From assembly GCF_050920415.1 (NCBI RefSeq), contig NZ_CP169309.1: DNA of 64,000 bases; one strand, given 5' to 3'. This DNA comes from Escherichia coli (GTDB lineage: Bacteria > Pseudomonadota > Gammaproteobacteria > Enterobacterales > Enterobacteriaceae). Made by a program: the position numbers and the translations under genes. Of the stretch, positions 1-16,872 are shown piece after piece (the first letter of the stretch is position 1; every line of letters starts with the position of its first letter). The notes under the pieces were generated by a model. That model did no database searches and was not told where the DNA came from. It saw only the letters and a list, made by a program, of their open reading frames with translations.

Positions 1-793
1 TACGAATAAATGCATGCATAAGCATTGCATTATGCAAATATGTCCACATGGTCTCAAGTAATGGGGGTTATTTAACCTTCCCTATATGCTATAGATAAAT
101 CTACCAAAAACTGCCCCTTCGTAGAGGGGCGCTATGATTTTGTTTTATTTGAAGGCATGGTGCTGAATGTATTCGTTGAATCCAGATTCAACACCTGAAG
201 CTGCACTTAACCCATAATACTTGTTTCTGGTTCCTCTACCGAGTGGTCAAACAATGATATGTATGTGACGTCAGAGTTTATTTTTTTAGTGTTTAATGCT
301 ATTAATTTAACGTAGTTACCTATCTTTTTTCTACCTTCTGAACTAACCTTAGGTTTCAACGTAACCGGCAGGAGGGGCTATCCCCAATCTTAAATTTTGC
401 TGCCCGATTTGCTCAAGCCAAAGTTTTAATTTTACAACCTATAAACCTGAGTTAAATCAACCTCATGGTGCTGTCTGTTCCCGCTGTGGAACAAGACTCA
501 CTGCAACATCTTGCATTCCTAAACTTCGCAGAAGGCGATGGGCAAAAACTGTACTGTAATGTTATTTCGATGTCTCTTATGGTAAATAGGAGGCATCGAG
601 GCTAAGTGAGCAGCCTGCTTGCTTCTCAATCCTGGATACTATCAGCATTCACGCAGATGAAATGATGATATTTCGCGTAAGAAAGAGGCATTTTTTTATC
701 AACTTCACATCGGAGATGGTAATAATCCTATGGGTCCAGTCCATATGAGGGGGCAACATACTATAAAATTCACAATCATAAATTAACTATATA

Positions 794-2269
794 TCAAGAA
801 CGCCAAAAAAATCCTGAAAATAGTATAATAACAGGGTAAATTTCAAGTCGACCAAGAATCATAGCAATACACATGAGATATTTTGCAATATCATTAAGAA
901 CACCGAATGAGGATGCGGTAGCCCCAAAACCCAGCCCCATATTATTAATGCATGCAGCGACTGTCGCAAATGATGTAAGGAAATCATATCCCATACCATT
1001 TAGCACCAGTATAAAAAACACTGTAAAGAAAGTATAAAGAAAAAAGAAACTCCATACAGACCTCATTACGCGGTCTGTAACAATCTTCCCTCCTACATTT
1101 ACACTAAGCAATGCTCTGGGATGAGAAAGCTGATTTATTTCGTGTTTACTTTGTTTAAAAAGTATAAGAAATCTAAGTGATTTAATTCCGCCGCACGTTG
1201 AGCCTATACATCCCCCAAAAAAACTTGACAGCAGCAAAAAAACTATCGTATGTGTGGGCCAGTTTGAATAATCCTGCGTAGCTAAACCATTATCAGTGAG
1301 CATGGAGCTAGCAAGAAAAAACGAATGAACAACACTTCCAGTTAAGTCATACATACCTATATGCCAGACCTGGAAAGAGGTAACAATGATAACACCTGAA
1401 GCTATTAACAAAAAGAAACGAAGTTCAACATCTCTGAGTAAGGGTTTTATTGTTTTCCTGCTTATAACAACATACCAAAGAGTGAAGTTGAAAGCCGATA
1501 ACAGAGAAAAAGAGCCCGCCACCAGTTCAATCAAATAATTATTGAAATAGCCGATACTCTCACTATGAGTTGAAAAACCGCCAAGAGAAACTGTAGAAAG
1601 TCCATGACAAATAGCATCAAACAAAGGCATTCCTGCAAGTCGATAACAAACAATACAAGCAATGCCTAATAAAGAATAAGTTATCCAAAGTGTCCGCGAC
1701 GTATCAGCCAAGCGTGGAGTCAGTTTGTCATCCTTAAATGGCCCTGGCATTTCTGACTGATAAAGTTTTGCACCACCAATACCCAATAATGGCAACACAG
1801 CAACTGCCAGAACAATAACCCCTAAACCGCCTATAAAATTTAATTGTGACCGGTAGAACAAATATGCCCGAGATAATGAACTGACATCATCAATTACTGT
1901 TGCTCCTGTTGTTGTTATTCCGGAAACCCCTTCAAACAGCGCGTCAGCAAACGTTAAATTAAGCTCTGAATCAATCCATAATGGAAATGCGCTAATAATA
2001 GAAAATAAAATCCAAAACATTACAATTATAATAAACCCATCACGGGTGCGTAATTGAATGCCAGATTTTTTAGTGGTATACCACGCTCCGCCACCAATAC
2101 AAAAAAATATAACAAAAGTAATAAAAAAAACGAACAAGCTTTTTTCTTTATAAAACAATGCTACAACCATTGGTGGTAACATTGAAAGACTATAGAGCCA
2201 GACCAAGAACCCACACATATGAGTTACAACTCTTACATGAGATGTATTCATATCCAAATGTTCTTTCAA
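794..2269 (-). CDS. TrkH/TrkG-family potassium uptake membrane protein (divergent paralog)
   Basis: 491-aa polytopic membrane protein with TrkH-like motifs (GLTTTGATV, GGCxGSTxGG); low-GC context. Confidence 0.8.
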   Translation of the reverse strand: MKEHLDMNTSHVRVVTHMCGFLVWLYSLSMLPPMVVALFYKEKSLFVFFITFVIFFCIGGGAWYTTKKSGIQLRTRDGFIIIVMFWILFSIISAFPLWIDSELNLTFADALFEGVSGITTTGATVIDDVSSLSRAYLFYRSQLNFIGGLGVIVLAVAVLPLLGIGGAKLYQSEMPGPFKDDKLTPRLADTSRTLWITYSLLGIACIVCYRLAGMPLFDAICHGLSTVSLGGFSTHSESIGYFNNYLIELVAGSFSLLSAFNFTLWYVVISRKTIKPLLRDVELRFFLLIASGVIIVTSFQVWHIGMYDLTGSVVHSFFLASSMLTDNGLATQDYSNWPTHTIVFLLLSSFFGGCIGSTCGGIKSLRFLILFKQSKHEINQLSHPRALLSVNVGGKIVTDRVMRSVWSFFFLYTFFTVFFILVLNGMGYDFLTSFATVAACINNMGLGFGATASSFGVLNDIAKYLMCIAMILGRLEIYPVIILFSGFFWRS

Positions 2270-2447
2270 TTATAACCACCTTACTGCAATGTCATGATTA
2301 TACTGTATAAATTTTAACTCTTCTTAGATCTTACTTCACTGGTCCTTATGAAACAATCAGCAAAATGAATCTTATTATAACACTGTTCGGTTATGTATTG
2401 TTGAGCCTTCCCGCTGGGCCTGCATCATTACAAGTCGCTCCCTATGG

Positions 2448-3144
2448 GGCTTTGTCGAATAAATAATTTTTCGGTAAGTATCCCCCTGAGCAGGTTGTAT
2501 CTTCAGGCAGTATGAACACTTTCTGGCATACCTACCTTCGTCATTATGTTCAGCGTATGCACCATGACCAAAGCCTCTGCAACCGGCCTATCATAATCTA
2601 GCAGCATCAGAGAACCTCAGAATAACTGTTTTACCCTGTTCATTGCCGTTTCCGCTATTGAGCGACGATTGTAATCTTTTGTCCATTTTCACCGGGAATT
2701 ACCCTCGGTCAATCGCTGATACGCGACTGCACAGTTACGGTCGGCATACTCACCGGGCCAGTAACCCGCTCCTTTTTGGGGTGGGATGAGCGCGCTGATT
2801 TTCACACGGCGCAGCTGCTCGTAACAGAGCCGAGAGGCGTAAACTCCGTCTGCTGCTGTCCTGATTTTTTGATGGGTTTGCCGGATTAATCCGGCTACAC
2901 CTCTACATCCGTTACGCTGAATGCTGAGGTCGCCCTTGGGAAGAAGGCATTGCTGACTTATACCAATCCGAAATCACCTCCTCGAGCAACCAGACAGGGA
3001 GGGGCCTCGGTTGATAAGAGCTCTGTTATTGATGTGCCAGTTGGTGATTCTAACTTTTGCTTTGTAACGGGACGAGCCGTGTTGGCAGATGATGTGTGGT
3101 CTGATCCTTAAACTCAGTAAAAGTACGATTTATTCAAAAAAGCC
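2448..3144. mobile_element. IS903-like (IS5 family) element, internally deleted, with both terminal inverted repeats
   Basis: Left end ggctttgtcgaataaat and right end gatttattcaaaaaagcc are inverted copies resembling the IS903 terminal repeat; about 700 bp is shorter than the full IS. Confidence 0.55.
2689..2972 (-). pseudogene. Truncated IS5/IS903-family DDE transposase (C-terminal fragment)
   Basis: Minus-strand translation gives ...DGVYASRLCYEQLRRVKISALIPPQKGAGYWPGEYADRNCAVAYQRLTEG, interrupted by an upstream stop and lacking a start. Confidence 0.5.
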
Positions 3145-3204
3145 CCTCCACTATGATTTCGATTTAAGGGGCTGATGATTATGTAACGCGAATTTACCGG
3201 ATCC

Positions 3205-4590
<1,386 letters not shown>

Positions 4591-4902
4591 TCAGGGGGGT
4601 TGATATTCCGGATCGTGCCGTGTTTGCCCACGGCTCCCCCTGGAGAGCTGCAGACCTGTTTATTTAACTCGCACAGCGCCGGGGCCTGTCAGCAAACAGG
4701 GAGCATAACCGTCGTGCCATTAAACGCCAGACGGGAGATCATTATTATTTTATTAATACAGATCCGTTGCATTCCGGTCTTTACCGCAGTTTAAAAGAAA
4801 AGAGAATAGGGACTTAGGCAGTAGAGCAGTCATTGGACAGACCACACTACCCCAAACTAGCAGGGGAGTTTTGATAAAATTTTGATAACCGTTAGCAGGC
4901 TA

Positions 4903-4937
4903 ACAAAACACAACGGGCGTGTTATACGCCCGTTACA
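4903..4937 (-). terminator. Rho-independent terminator downstream of icd
   Basis: Hairpin aacgggcg/cgcccgtt followed by a U-rich tract on the minus strand just past the icd stop. Confidence 0.5.
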
Positions 4938-4957
4938 GTTTTTAACACATGCAGAAA

Positions 4958-6208
4958 TTACATATTCTTGATGATCGCATCACCAAACTCTGAACATTTC
5001 AGCAGCTTAGCGCCTTCCATCAGGCGTTCGAAATCATAGGTTACGGTCTTCGCATTGATTGCGCCTTCCATACCTTTAACAATCAGATCTGCGGCTTCAG
5101 TCCAGCCCATATGGCGCAGCATCATCTCAGCGGAGAGGATGATAGAGCCTGGGTTAACTTTGTCCTGACCAGCGTACTTCGGCGCAGTACCGTGGGTGGC
5201 TTCAAACAGCGCGCATTCGTCACCGATGTTTGCGCCTGGGGCGATACCGATACCGCCAACCTGCGCTGCCAGAGCATCAGAAATGTAGTCACCGTTGAGG
5301 TTCATACAGGCGATAACGTCGTATTCAGCCGGACGCAGCAGGATCTGTTGCAGGAATGCGTCAGCAATCACGTCTTTAATGACGATCTCTTTGCCGGTGT
5401 TCGGGTTTTTGACTTTCAGCCACGGGCCGCCGTCGATCAGTTCACCGCCAAACTCTTCACGCGCCAGCTGGTAACCCCAGTCTTTAAACGCGCCTTCGGT
5501 GAACTTCATGATGTTACCTTTGTGCACCAGGGTCACAGAGTCACGGTCGTTAGCAATTGCGTATTCGATCGCGGCACGAACCAGACGTTTGGTGCCTTCT
5601 TCCGAACACGGCTTGATACCGATACCGCAATGTTCCGGGAAGCGAATTTTCTTCACGCCCATCTCTTCACGCAGGAATTTAATCACTTTCTCAGCGTCGG
5701 CAGAATCAGCTTTCCATTCGATACCCGCATAAATGTCTTCCGAGTTTTCACGGAAGATAACCATATCGGTCAGTTCAGGATGTTTAACCGGGCTTGGGGT
5801 GCCCTGATAGTAACGTACCGGACGCAGGCAGATGTAGAGATCCAGTTCCTGGCGCAGAGCTACGTTGAGAGAACGAATACCGCCGCCAACCGGAGTGGTC
5901 AGAGGGCCTTTAATGGCAACGCGATATTCACGAATCAGATCAAGGGTTTCAGCAGGCAGCCAGACGTCCTGACCATAAACCTGTGTGGATTTTTCACCGG
6001 TGTAAATTTCCATCCAGGAGATTTTACGCTCGCCTTTATAGGCTTTCTCGACTGCAGCGTCGACCACTTTCAGCATGGCTGGGGTTACATCTACACCGAT
6101 TCCATCACCTTCAATGTAAGGGATAATCGGATTTTCAGGAACGTTGAGTTTGCCGTTTTGCAGGGTGATCTTCTTGCCTTGTGCCGGAACAACTACTTTA
6201 CTTTCCAT
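4958..6208 (-). CDS. icd: Isocitrate dehydrogenase (NADP)
   Basis: 416-aa ORF, full length, matches E. coli Icd; C-terminus ...GDAIIKNM. Confidence 0.95.
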   Translation of the reverse strand: MESKVVVPAQGKKITLQNGKLNVPENPIIPYIEGDGIGVDVTPAMLKVVDAAVEKAYKGERKISWMEIYTGEKSTQVYGQDVWLPAETLDLIREYRVAIKGPLTTPVGGGIRSLNVALRQELDLYICLRPVRYYQGTPSPVKHPELTDMVIFRENSEDIYAGIEWKADSADAEKVIKFLREEMGVKKIRFPEHCGIGIKPCSEEGTKRLVRAAIEYAIANDRDSVTLVHKGNIMKFTEGAFKDWGYQLAREEFGGELIDGGPWLKVKNPNTGKEIVIKDVIADAFLQQILLRPAEYDVIACMNLNGDYISDALAAQVGGIGIAPGANIGDECALFEATHGTAPKYAGQDKVNPGSIILSAEMMLRHMGWTEAADLIVKGMEGAINAKTVTYDFERLMEGAKLLKCSEFGDAIIKNM

Positions 6209-6379
6209 TCACCTCTCCTTCGAGCGCTACTGGTTTGCTCGTCTGCCACCACGTTGCATATGCGTTTGCGTCCTGCGATACGGATGCTTTAGAGCAATTT
6301 TTTGTTAATGATTTGTAATTGGCTTGTCAATACTACCCTATTGTTTGCCGTCATGAAAGATGCGCGTTATTAGGCTATA

Positions 6380-7033
6380 ATGCGGCAATTCATAATCTCT
6401 GAAAATACCATGCAAAAAACTTCTTTTAGAAATCACCAGGTTAAGCGATTCAGCTCGCAACGTTCTACCAGGCGAAAACCTGAAAACCAGCCCACGCGTG
6501 TGATCCTGTTCAATAAACCCTACGATGTTCTTCCGCAGTTCACCGATGAAGCCGGACGCAAAACATTAAAAGAATTCATCCCGGTTCAGGGAGTGTATGC
6601 GGCAGGTCGTCTCGACCGCGACAGCGAAGGGTTACTGGTACTGACCAATAACGGCGCTTTGCAGGCGCGTTTAACCCAGCCGGGTAAACGTACCGGGAAA
6701 ATCTATTATGTACAGGTAGAAGGTATTCCCACACAAGACGCCCTTGAAGCGTTGCGCAATGGCGTAACCTTAAATGATGGCCCTACCCTGCCCGCAGGTG
6801 CGGAGATGGTTGAGGAGCCGGAATGGTTATGGCCCCGTAATCCGCCAATTCGTGAACGAAAAAGTATTCCCACCAGCTGGCTTAAGATCACCTTATATGA
6901 AGGACGTAATCGCCAGGTGCGCCGCATGACCGCCCATGTTGGTTTCCCCACGCTGCGACTGATTCGCTATGCGATGGGGGATTACTCTTTGGATAATCTT
7001 GCCAATGGCGAATGGCGAGAAGCGACAGATTAA
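6380..7033 (+). CDS. rluE: 23S rRNA pseudouridine synthase E
   Basis: 217-aa ORF; RluA/RsuA-type pseudouridine synthase motifs; conserved position next to icd. Confidence 0.85.
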   Translation: MRQFIISENTMQKTSFRNHQVKRFSSQRSTRRKPENQPTRVILFNKPYDVLPQFTDEAGRKTLKEFIPVQGVYAAGRLDRDSEGLLVLTNNGALQARLTQPGKRTGKIYYVQVEGIPTQDALEALRNGVTLNDGPTLPAGAEMVEEPEWLWPRNPPIRERKSIPTSWLKITLYEGRNRQVRRMTAHVGFPTLRLIRYAMGDYSLDNLANGEWREATD

Positions 7034-7042
7034 GGATGCAAA

Positions 7043-8664
<1,622 letters not shown>

Positions 8665-8698
8665 TTATTATCTTTACTTAAACAAGGAAGCAGTGAAC

Positions 8699-9340
8699 GT
8701 GGCAAAGAATTACTATGACATCACCCTCGCCCTGGCCGGAATTTGTCAGTCGGCACGCCTGGTGCAACAACTCGCTCACCAGGGGCATTGTGATGCCGAT
8801 GCGCTACACGTCTCACTCAACAGTATTATCGATATGAACCCCAGCTCCACGCTGGCGGTTTTTGGTGGCAGCGAAGCTAACCTGCGCGTCGGGCTGGAAA
8901 CATTGCTCGGCGTGCTCAACGCCAGCAGTCGCCAGGGCTTAAATGCTGAGTTAACCCGCTACACCCTTAGCCTGATGGTGCTTGAGCGCAAACTTTCCTC
9001 AGCGAAAGGTGCGCTCGACACTCTGGGCAACCGCATCAACGGCCTGCAACGTCAGCTCGAACACTTCGATCTACAGTCCGAAACGCTGATGAGCGCGATG
9101 GCCGCTATTTATGTTGATGTGATTAGCCCGCTAGGCCCGCGCATTCAGGTCACCGGATCTCCTGCTGTACTGCAAAGCCCACAGGTGCAGGCGAAAGTCC
9201 GCGCCACCCTGCTGGCAGGCATTCGCGCCGCCGTGCTCTGGCACCAGGTCGGCGGCGGACGTCTGCAACTGATGTTTTCTCGTAATCGCCTGACCACTCA
9301 GGCAAAACAAATTCTTGCTCATTTAACCCCGGAGTTGTGA
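8699..9340 (+). CDS. hflD: High-frequency lysogenization protein HflD
   Basis: GTG start with RBS aaggaag; product begins [17 protein letters not shown]...; 213 aa. Confidence 0.8.
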   Translation: MAKNYYDITLALAGICQSARLVQQLAHQGHCDADALHVSLNSIIDMNPSSTLAVFGGSEANLRVGLETLLGVLNASSRQGLNAELTRYTLSLMVLERKLSSAKGALDTLGNRINGLQRQLEHFDLQSETLMSAMAAIYVDVISPLGPRIQVTGSPAVLQSPQVQAKVRATLLAGIRAAVLWHQVGGGRLQLMFSRNRLTTQAKQILAHLTPEL

Positions 9341-10714
<1,374 letters not shown>

Positions 10715-10805
10715 GCCTCAAATCAGTGCCGGATGGCGATGCTGTCCGGCCTGCTTATTAAGATTATCCGCTTTTTATTTTTTCTCTTTACCTCCCCTCC
10801 CCGCT

Positions 10806-10822
10806 GGTTTATTTAATGTTTA
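10806..10822 (+). promoter_or_regulatory. PhoP box in the phoPQ promoter
   Basis: Direct repeat GGTTTA-N5-TGTTTA about 60 bp upstream of the phoP start. Confidence 0.7.
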
Positions 10823-10882
10823 CCCCCATAACGACATAATCGCGTTACACTATTTTAATAATTAAAACAGGGAGAATGAAAA

Positions 10883-11554
10883 ATGCGCGTACTGGTTGTT
10901 GAAGACAATGCGTTGTTACGTCACCATCTTAAAGTTCAGATTCAGGATGCTGGTCATCAGGTCGATGACGCAGAAGATGCCAAAGAAGCCGATTATTATC
11001 TCAATGAGCATTTACCGGATATTGCGATTGTCGATCTCGGTTTGCCTGACGAGGACGGTCTGTCATTGATTCGCCGCTGGCGCAGTAATGATGTTTCACT
11101 GCCGATTCTGGTATTAACCGCCCGTGAAAGCTGGCAGGACAAAGTCGAAGTATTAAGTGCTGGCGCTGATGATTACGTGACTAAACCGTTTCATATTGAA
11201 GAGGTGATGGCGCGAATGCAGGCATTAATGCGGCGTAATAGCGGTCTGGCTTCCCAGGTAATTTCGCTGCCACCGTTTCAGGTTGATCTCTCCCGCCGTG
11301 AGTTATCCATTAATGACGAAGTGATCAAACTGACCGCGTTCGAATACACCATTATGGAAACGTTGATACGCAATAATGGCAAAGTGGTCAGTAAAGATTC
11401 GTTAATGCTACAACTCTACCCGGATGCGGAGCTGCGGGAAAGTCATACCATAGATGTACTAATGGGACGTCTACGCAAAAAAATTCAAGCGCAGTATCCA
11501 CAAGAAGTGATTACCACCGTTCGCGGCCAGGGCTATCTGTTCGAATTGCGCTGA
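10883..11554 (+). CDS. phoP: Response regulator PhoP
   Basis: 223-aa OmpR-family response regulator. Confidence 0.95.
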   Translation: MRVLVVEDNALLRHHLKVQIQDAGHQVDDAEDAKEADYYLNEHLPDIAIVDLGLPDEDGLSLIRRWRSNDVSLPILVLTARESWQDKVEVLSAGADDYVTKPFHIEEVMARMQALMRRNSGLASQVISLPPFQVDLSRRELSINDEVIKLTAFEYTIMETLIRNNGKVVSKDSLMLQLYPDAELRESHTIDVLMGRLRKKIQAQYPQEVITTVRGQGYLFELR

Positions 11555-13014
11555 TGAAAAAATTACTGCGTCTTTTTTTCCCGCTCTCGCTGCGGGTACG
11601 TTTTCTGTTAGCAACGGCAGCAGTAGTATTGGTGCTTTCGCTTGCCTACGGAATGGTCGCGCTGATCGGTTATAGCGTCAGTTTCGATAAAACTACGTTT
11701 CGGCTGTTACGTGGCGAGAGCAATCTGTTCTATACCCTTGCGAAGTGGGAAAATAATAAATTGCATGTCGAGTTACCCGAAAATATCGACAAGCAAAGCC
11801 CCACCATGACGCTAATTTATGATGAGAACGGGCAGCTTTTATGGGCGCAACGTGACGTGCCCTGGCTGATGAAAATGATCCAGCCTGACTGGCTGAAATC
11901 GAATGGTTTTCATGAAATTGAAGCGGATGTTAACGACACTAGCCTGTTACTGAGTGGAGATCACTCTATGCAGCAACAGTTGCAGGAAGTGCGGGAAGAT
12001 GATGACGACGCGGAGATGACCCACTCGGTGGCGGTAAACGTCTACCCGGCAACATCGCGGATGCCAAAGTTAACCATTGTGGTGGTGGATACCATTCCGG
12101 TGGAGCTAAAAAGTTCCTATATGGTCTGGAGCTGGTTTATCTATGTGCTCTCAGCCAATCTGCTGTTAGTGATCCCGCTGCTGTGGGTCGCCGCCTGGTG
12201 GAGTTTACGCCCCATCGAAGCCCTGGCAAAAGAAGTCCGCGAACTGGAAGAGCATAACCGCGAATTGCTCAATCCAGCCACAACGCGAGAACTGACCAGT
12301 CTGGTACGAAACCTGAACCGACTGTTAAAAAGTGAACGCGAACGTTACGACAAATATCGTACGACGCTCACCGACCTGACCCATAGTCTGAAAACGCCAC
12401 TGGCGGTGCTGCAAAGTACGCTGCGTTCTCTGCGTAGTGAGAAGATGAGCGTCAGTGATGCTGAGCCGGTGATGCTGGAGCAAATCAGCCGCATTTCACA
12501 GCAAATTGGCTACTACCTGCATCGTGCCAGTATGCGCGGTGGGACATTGCTTAGCCGCGAGCTGCATCCGGTCGCCCCTCTGTTGGACAATCTCACCTCG
12601 GCGCTGAACAAAGTGTATCAACGCAAAGGGGTCAATATCTCTCTCGATATTTCACCAGAGATCAGCTTTGTTGGTGAGCAGAACGATTTTGTCGAGGTGA
12701 TGGGCAACGTGCTGGATAACGCCTGTAAATATTGCCTCGAGTTTGTTGAAATTTCTGCAAGGCAAACCGACGAGCATCTCTATATTGTGGTCGAGGATGA
12801 TGGCCCCGGTATTCCATTAAGCAAACGAGAGGTGATTTTCGACCGGGGTCAACGGGTTGATACTTTACGCCCTGGGCAAGGTGTAGGGCTGGCGGTAGCC
12901 CGCGAAATCACCGAGCAATATGAAGGTAAAATCGTCGCCGGAGAGAGCATGCTGGGCGGTGCGCGGATGGAAGTGATTTTTGGTCGCCAGCATTCTGCGC
13001 CGAAAGATGAATAA
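11554..13014 (+). CDS. phoQ: Sensor histidine kinase PhoQ
   Basis: 486-aa ORF, two TM segments, H-box and ATPase motifs; overlaps phoP stop. Confidence 0.95.
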   Translation: MKKLLRLFFPLSLRVRFLLATAAVVLVLSLAYGMVALIGYSVSFDKTTFRLLRGESNLFYTLAKWENNKLHVELPENIDKQSPTMTLIYDENGQLLWAQRDVPWLMKMIQPDWLKSNGFHEIEADVNDTSLLLSGDHSMQQQLQEVREDDDDAEMTHSVAVNVYPATSRMPKLTIVVVDTIPVELKSSYMVWSWFIYVLSANLLLVIPLLWVAAWWSLRPIEALAKEVRELEEHNRELLNPATTRELTSLVRNLNRLLKSERERYDKYRTTLTDLTHSLKTPLAVLQSTLRSLRSEKMSVSDAEPVMLEQISRISQQIGYYLHRASMRGGTLLSRELHPVAPLLDNLTSALNKVYQRKGVNISLDISPEISFVGEQNDFVEVMGNVLDNACKYCLEFVEISARQTDEHLYIVVEDDGPGIPLSKREVIFDRGQRVDTLRPGQGVGLAVAREITEQYEGKIVAGESMLGGARMEVIFGRQHSAPKDE

Positions 13015-13089
13015 ATATGTCCATACTTCACGCATTACGTTAAGCATCCGTTATAATCGGTTGCAGATACCAGCCTGTGGATGCTTAAC

Positions 13090-14211
13090 ATGGAATACCA
13101 ACTCACTCTTAACTGGCCCGATTTTCTTGAACGTCACTGGCAGAAACGCCCGGTAGTGTTAAAACGCGGCTTTAATAATTTTATTGACCCGATCTCTCCA
13201 GACGAGTTGGCGGGTCTGGCGATGGAAAGCGAAGTCGACAGTCGACTGGTCAGTCATCAGGATGGCAAATGGCAGGTCAGCCACGGCCCGTTCGAAAGCT
13301 ACGATCATCTCGGTGAAACCAACTGGTCGTTACTGGTACAGGCAGTGAACCACTGGCATGAGCCGACCGCCTCGCTGATGCGGCCGTTCCGTGAACTACC
13401 AGACTGGCGTATTGATGACCTGATGATCTCTTTTTCCGTACCTGGCGGCGGCGTCGGCCCACATCTCGATCAGTACGACGTGTTTATCATTCAGGGTACC
13501 GGACGTCGTCGCTGGCGAGTGGGCGAAAAGCTGCAAATGAAACAGCACTGCCCGCACCCGGATCTGTTACAGGTCGATCCGTTCGAAGCCATCATCGATG
13601 AAGAGCTGGAGCCTGGCGATATCCTTTATATTCCGCCAGGATTCCCGCATGAAGGCTACGCGCTGGAAAATGCGATGAACTATTCCGTGGGTTTTCGCGC
13701 GCCAAATACGCGGGAACTGATTAGCGGATTTGCCGATTATGTGCTGCAACGTGAACTGGGCGGCAACTACTACAGCGATCCTGATGTTCCACCTCGCGCT
13801 CATCCTGCGGACGTTCTGCCGCAAGAGATGGATAAACTGCGTGAGATGATGCTCGAATTGATCAACCAGCCGGAACACTTTAAGCAATGGTTTGGCGAGT
13901 TTATATCCCAGTCACGCCATGAACTGGATATCGCGCCGCCAGAGCCGCCTTATCAGCCGGATGAAATCTACGATGCGCTGAAACAAGGTGATGTGCTGGT
14001 GCGCCTGGGTGGTCTGCGCGTATTGCGCATTGGCGACGACGTGTATGCCAATGGTGAGAAGATCGATTCCCCGCACCGTCCGGCACTGGATGCGCTCGCC
14101 AGCAACATTGCGCTGACCGCGGAGAATTTTGGCGATGCGCTGGAAGATCCGTCATTCCTCGCAATGCTCGCGGCGCTGGTCAATAGCGGATACTGGTTCT
14201 TCGAAGGGTAA
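13090..14211 (+). CDS. roxA: JmjC-domain ribosomal protein oxygenase YcfD/RoxA
   Basis: 373 aa from the internal ATG (MEYQLTLNWPDF...); cupin/JmjC motifs. Confidence 0.8.
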   Translation: MEYQLTLNWPDFLERHWQKRPVVLKRGFNNFIDPISPDELAGLAMESEVDSRLVSHQDGKWQVSHGPFESYDHLGETNWSLLVQAVNHWHEPTASLMRPFRELPDWRIDDLMISFSVPGGGVGPHLDQYDVFIIQGTGRRRWRVGEKLQMKQHCPHPDLLQVDPFEAIIDEELEPGDILYIPPGFPHEGYALENAMNYSVGFRAPNTRELISGFADYVLQRELGGNYYSDPDVPPRAHPADVLPQEMDKLREMMLELINQPEHFKQWFGEFISQSRHELDIAPPEPPYQPDEIYDALKQGDVLVRLGGLRVLRIGDDVYANGEKIDSPHRPALDALASNIALTAENFGDALEDPSFLAMLAALVNSGYWFFEG

Positions 14212-14224
14212 GTTTGGATTTAAG

Positions 14225-14258
14225 CCGGATGCGGCATCACATGCCGCATCCCTTTTCG
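14225..14258. terminator. Bidirectional Rho-independent terminator between convergent ycfD and pepT
   Basis: Perfect hairpin ggatgcggcat-cac-atgccgcatcc with flanking T/A runs. Confidence 0.65.
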
Positions 14259-14259
14259 C

Positions 14260-15486
14260 TTACTTCCGTTGCGCCGTCAACTCGGCAATACGGACGATTA
14301 CCTGCACCGCTTTTTCCATACCTTCCAGAGTCACAAACTCATGCTTACCATGATAGTTGTAACCGCCAGTGAACAGGTTCGGGCACGGTAATCCCATAAA
14401 CGACAACTGCGCGCCGTCGGTACCGCCGCGGATCGGTTTCAGTTCCGGTTCAATATCGCAGTCACGCATCGCCTGCTGGGCGATATCGAGAATATGCGGA
14501 TGCTCAACCACTTTCTCGCGCATATTGTAGTAACTGTCTTCAATCACCAGTTCAATGTAGCAATCAGGATGTAACCCTTTGCCCACTTTTTTGGCGATCT
14601 CCATCATTTTACGTTTACGCGCTTCAAACTGTTTACGGTCGAAATCACGGATGATGTAGTGCATATCGGCCCGTTCAACGGTGCCTTTCATGCTCGCCAG
14701 GTGATAGAAACCTTCATAGCCTTCTGTCATTTCCGGGCTTTCATTTGCCGGAACTTCCGCATGAATACGTGCCGCCAGCGAAAGCGCATTTACCATCACT
14801 CCTTTCGCCGTGCCCGGGTGAACATTGTTACCGACAATTTTGATATTGACCGACGCGGCGTTGAAGTTTTCAAACTCCAGTTCGCCTACGCCACCACCAT
14901 CAACGGTGTAAGCCCAGCGGGCATCGAAGGCGTCAACATCAAAATGTTTCGCCCCTTTGCCCACTTCTTCATCCGGGGTAAAGGCGACGCGAATATCACC
15001 ATGCGGAATGTTTTTTTGTTGTAATACCGCCAGCGCGGTCATGATTTCTGCAATACCTGCTTTGTCATCGGCACCTAACAAGGTTTTACCATCGGTGGTA
15101 ATCAGCGTCTGACCCAGTAGCTGATGCAGCACCGGGAACATAACCGGTGATAAAACTTCATCGCCGATACCCAGCGCAATATCGCCACCGCGATAGTTTT
15201 CAACAATTTGCGGATTCACATTTTTGCCGCTGCAATCCGGTGAGGTATCCACATGAGAAATAAAGCCAATCGCCGGGATATCGCCAGGGACGTTAGCCGG
15301 TAACGTCGCCATCAAAGTGCCCTTCTCACTTAAGGTCACATTGATAAGCCCCATCTCTTCGAGCTGCTCTTTCAGCAGATGCAATAACTTCCATTGGCCT
15401 TCCGTGCTGGGAACCTGTCTCACCCCTGCCTTTGATTGGGTATCCAGAGACACGTAGTTCAAAAATCGCTCAAGTAGTTTATCCAT
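14260..15486 (-). CDS. pepT: Peptidase T (tripeptide aminopeptidase)
   Basis: M20 family; start taken at [14 protein letters not shown]... giving 408 aa. Confidence 0.9.
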   Translation of the reverse strand: MDKLLERFLNYVSLDTQSKAGVRQVPSTEGQWKLLHLLKEQLEEMGLINVTLSEKGTLMATLPANVPGDIPAIGFISHVDTSPDCSGKNVNPQIVENYRGGDIALGIGDEVLSPVMFPVLHQLLGQTLITTDGKTLLGADDKAGIAEIMTALAVLQQKNIPHGDIRVAFTPDEEVGKGAKHFDVDAFDARWAYTVDGGGVGELEFENFNAASVNIKIVGNNVHPGTAKGVMVNALSLAARIHAEVPANESPEMTEGYEGFYHLASMKGTVERADMHYIIRDFDRKQFEARKRKMMEIAKKVGKGLHPDCYIELVIEDSYYNMREKVVEHPHILDIAQQAMRDCDIEPELKPIRGGTDGAQLSFMGLPCPNLFTGGYNYHGKHEFVTLEGMEKAVQVIVRIAELTAQRK

Positions 15487-15735
15487 GTAGTCACCCTCAC
15501 TTTTTGTGACAACATTATTAAGAAGCAAGAAAAGACAAATATTGCGTCAGGTCACTTTTAGCCCTGCAAGCGGGAATATTTATCAGCATTACCTTAATGA
15601 ATATAAAGCTAAGCCAGTAATTCACAACAAAGATTGGCGATTCAAGCGGTTTGCCGTAGAATTACCGCCCTCATTAAGAGTCACCAAGGTGGTTAACCAC
15701 AAACCCCGCATCGGTAAGCCATCCGTTGCGTTTAC

Positions 15736-16872
15736 ATGGGACAGAGTAAAAAATTGAATAAACAACCGAGTTCGCTTTCACCGCTGGTGCAATTGGCGGG
15801 AATTCGCAAATGCTTTGATGGTAAAGAGGTCATTCCCCAGCTGGATCTGACTATCAACAATGGCGAGTTCCTCACGCTGCTTGGCCCTTCTGGCTGCGGT
15901 AAAACAACCGTTCTTCGCCTGATTGCAGGTCTGGAAACTGTTGATTCCGGACGCATCATGCTGGATAACGAGGACATCACCCACGTTCCGGCGGAAAACC
16001 GCTATGTGAACACTGTTTTCCAAAGCTACGCACTTTTCCCCCACATGACCGTGTTCGAAAATGTGGCCTTTGGGTTGCGCATGCAAAAAACCCCCGCTGC
16101 TGAAATTACGCCCCGCGTGATGGAAGCCCTGCGGATGGTGCAGCTGGAAACCTTCGCTCAACGTAAACCGCATCAGCTTTCTGGTGGTCAACAGCAACGC
16201 GTCGCCATTGCTCGCGCGGTGGTTAACAAGCCTCGTCTGTTGTTGCTGGATGAGTCGCTCTCAGCGCTGGATTACAAACTGCGCAAGCAAATGCAGAACG
16301 AGCTGAAAGCGTTACAGCGTAAGCTTGGCATTACATTCGTGTTCGTAACTCACGACCAGGAAGAAGCACTTACCATGTCGGACAGGATTGTGGTGATGCG
16401 CGATGGTCGCATTGAGCAAGACGGCACGCCGCGTGAAATCTACGAAGAGCCGAAAAACCTGTTTGTTGCTGGGTTTATCGGTGAAATCAATATGTTTAAT
16501 GCCACGGTCATCGAACGTCTCGACGAGCAGCGCGTACGCGCCAACGTTGAAGGCCGCGAGTGTAATATCTACGTTAACTTCGGCGTTGAACCGGGGCAAA
16601 AACTGCATGTTCTGCTGCGCCCGGAAGACTTACGTGTTGAAGAGATTAACGACGACAACCACGCCGAAGGGCTGATTGGTTACGTTCGCGAGCGTAATTA
16701 CAAAGGCATGACGCTGGAGTCGGTTGTTGAGCTGGAAAATGGCAAGATGGTGATGGTCAGCGAATTCTTCAATGAAGACGATCCTGACTTTGACCACTCT
16801 CTCGACCAAAAAATGGCCATTAATTGGGTAGAAAGCTGGGAGGTCGTACTGGCTGATGAAGAACACAAGTAA
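15736..16872 (+). CDS. potA: Spermidine/putrescine ABC transporter ATPase PotA
   Basis: 378 aa, Walker [10 protein letters not shown] and ABC signature LSGGQQQR. Confidence 0.95.
   Translation: MGQSKKLNKQPSSLSPLVQLAGIRKCFDGKEVIPQLDLTINNGEFLTLLGPSGCGKTTVLRLIAGLETVDSGRIMLDNEDITHVPAENRYVNTVFQSYALFPHMTVFENVAFGLRMQKTPAAEITPRVMEALRMVQLETFAQRKPHQLSGGQQQRVAIARAVVNKPRLLLLDESLSALDYKLRKQMQNELKALQRKLGITFVFVTHDQEEALTMSDRIVVMRDGRIEQDGTPREIYEEPKNLFVAGFIGEINMFNATVIERLDEQRVRANVEGRECNIYVNFGVEPGQKLHVLLRPEDLRVEEINDDNHAEGLIGYVRERNYKGMTLESVVELENGKMVMVSEFFNEDDPDFDHSLDQKMAINWVESWEVVLADEEHK

Noticed and set aside
5111-6292. 393-aa ORF on the plus strand
   Set aside because: Lies entirely antisense within icd; shadow ORF of a highly expressed, well-supported gene.
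10716-10780. Possible purB terminator
   Set aside because: The hairpin gccgga...tccggc resembles a REP element and lacks an immediate U-run; not called as a terminator.
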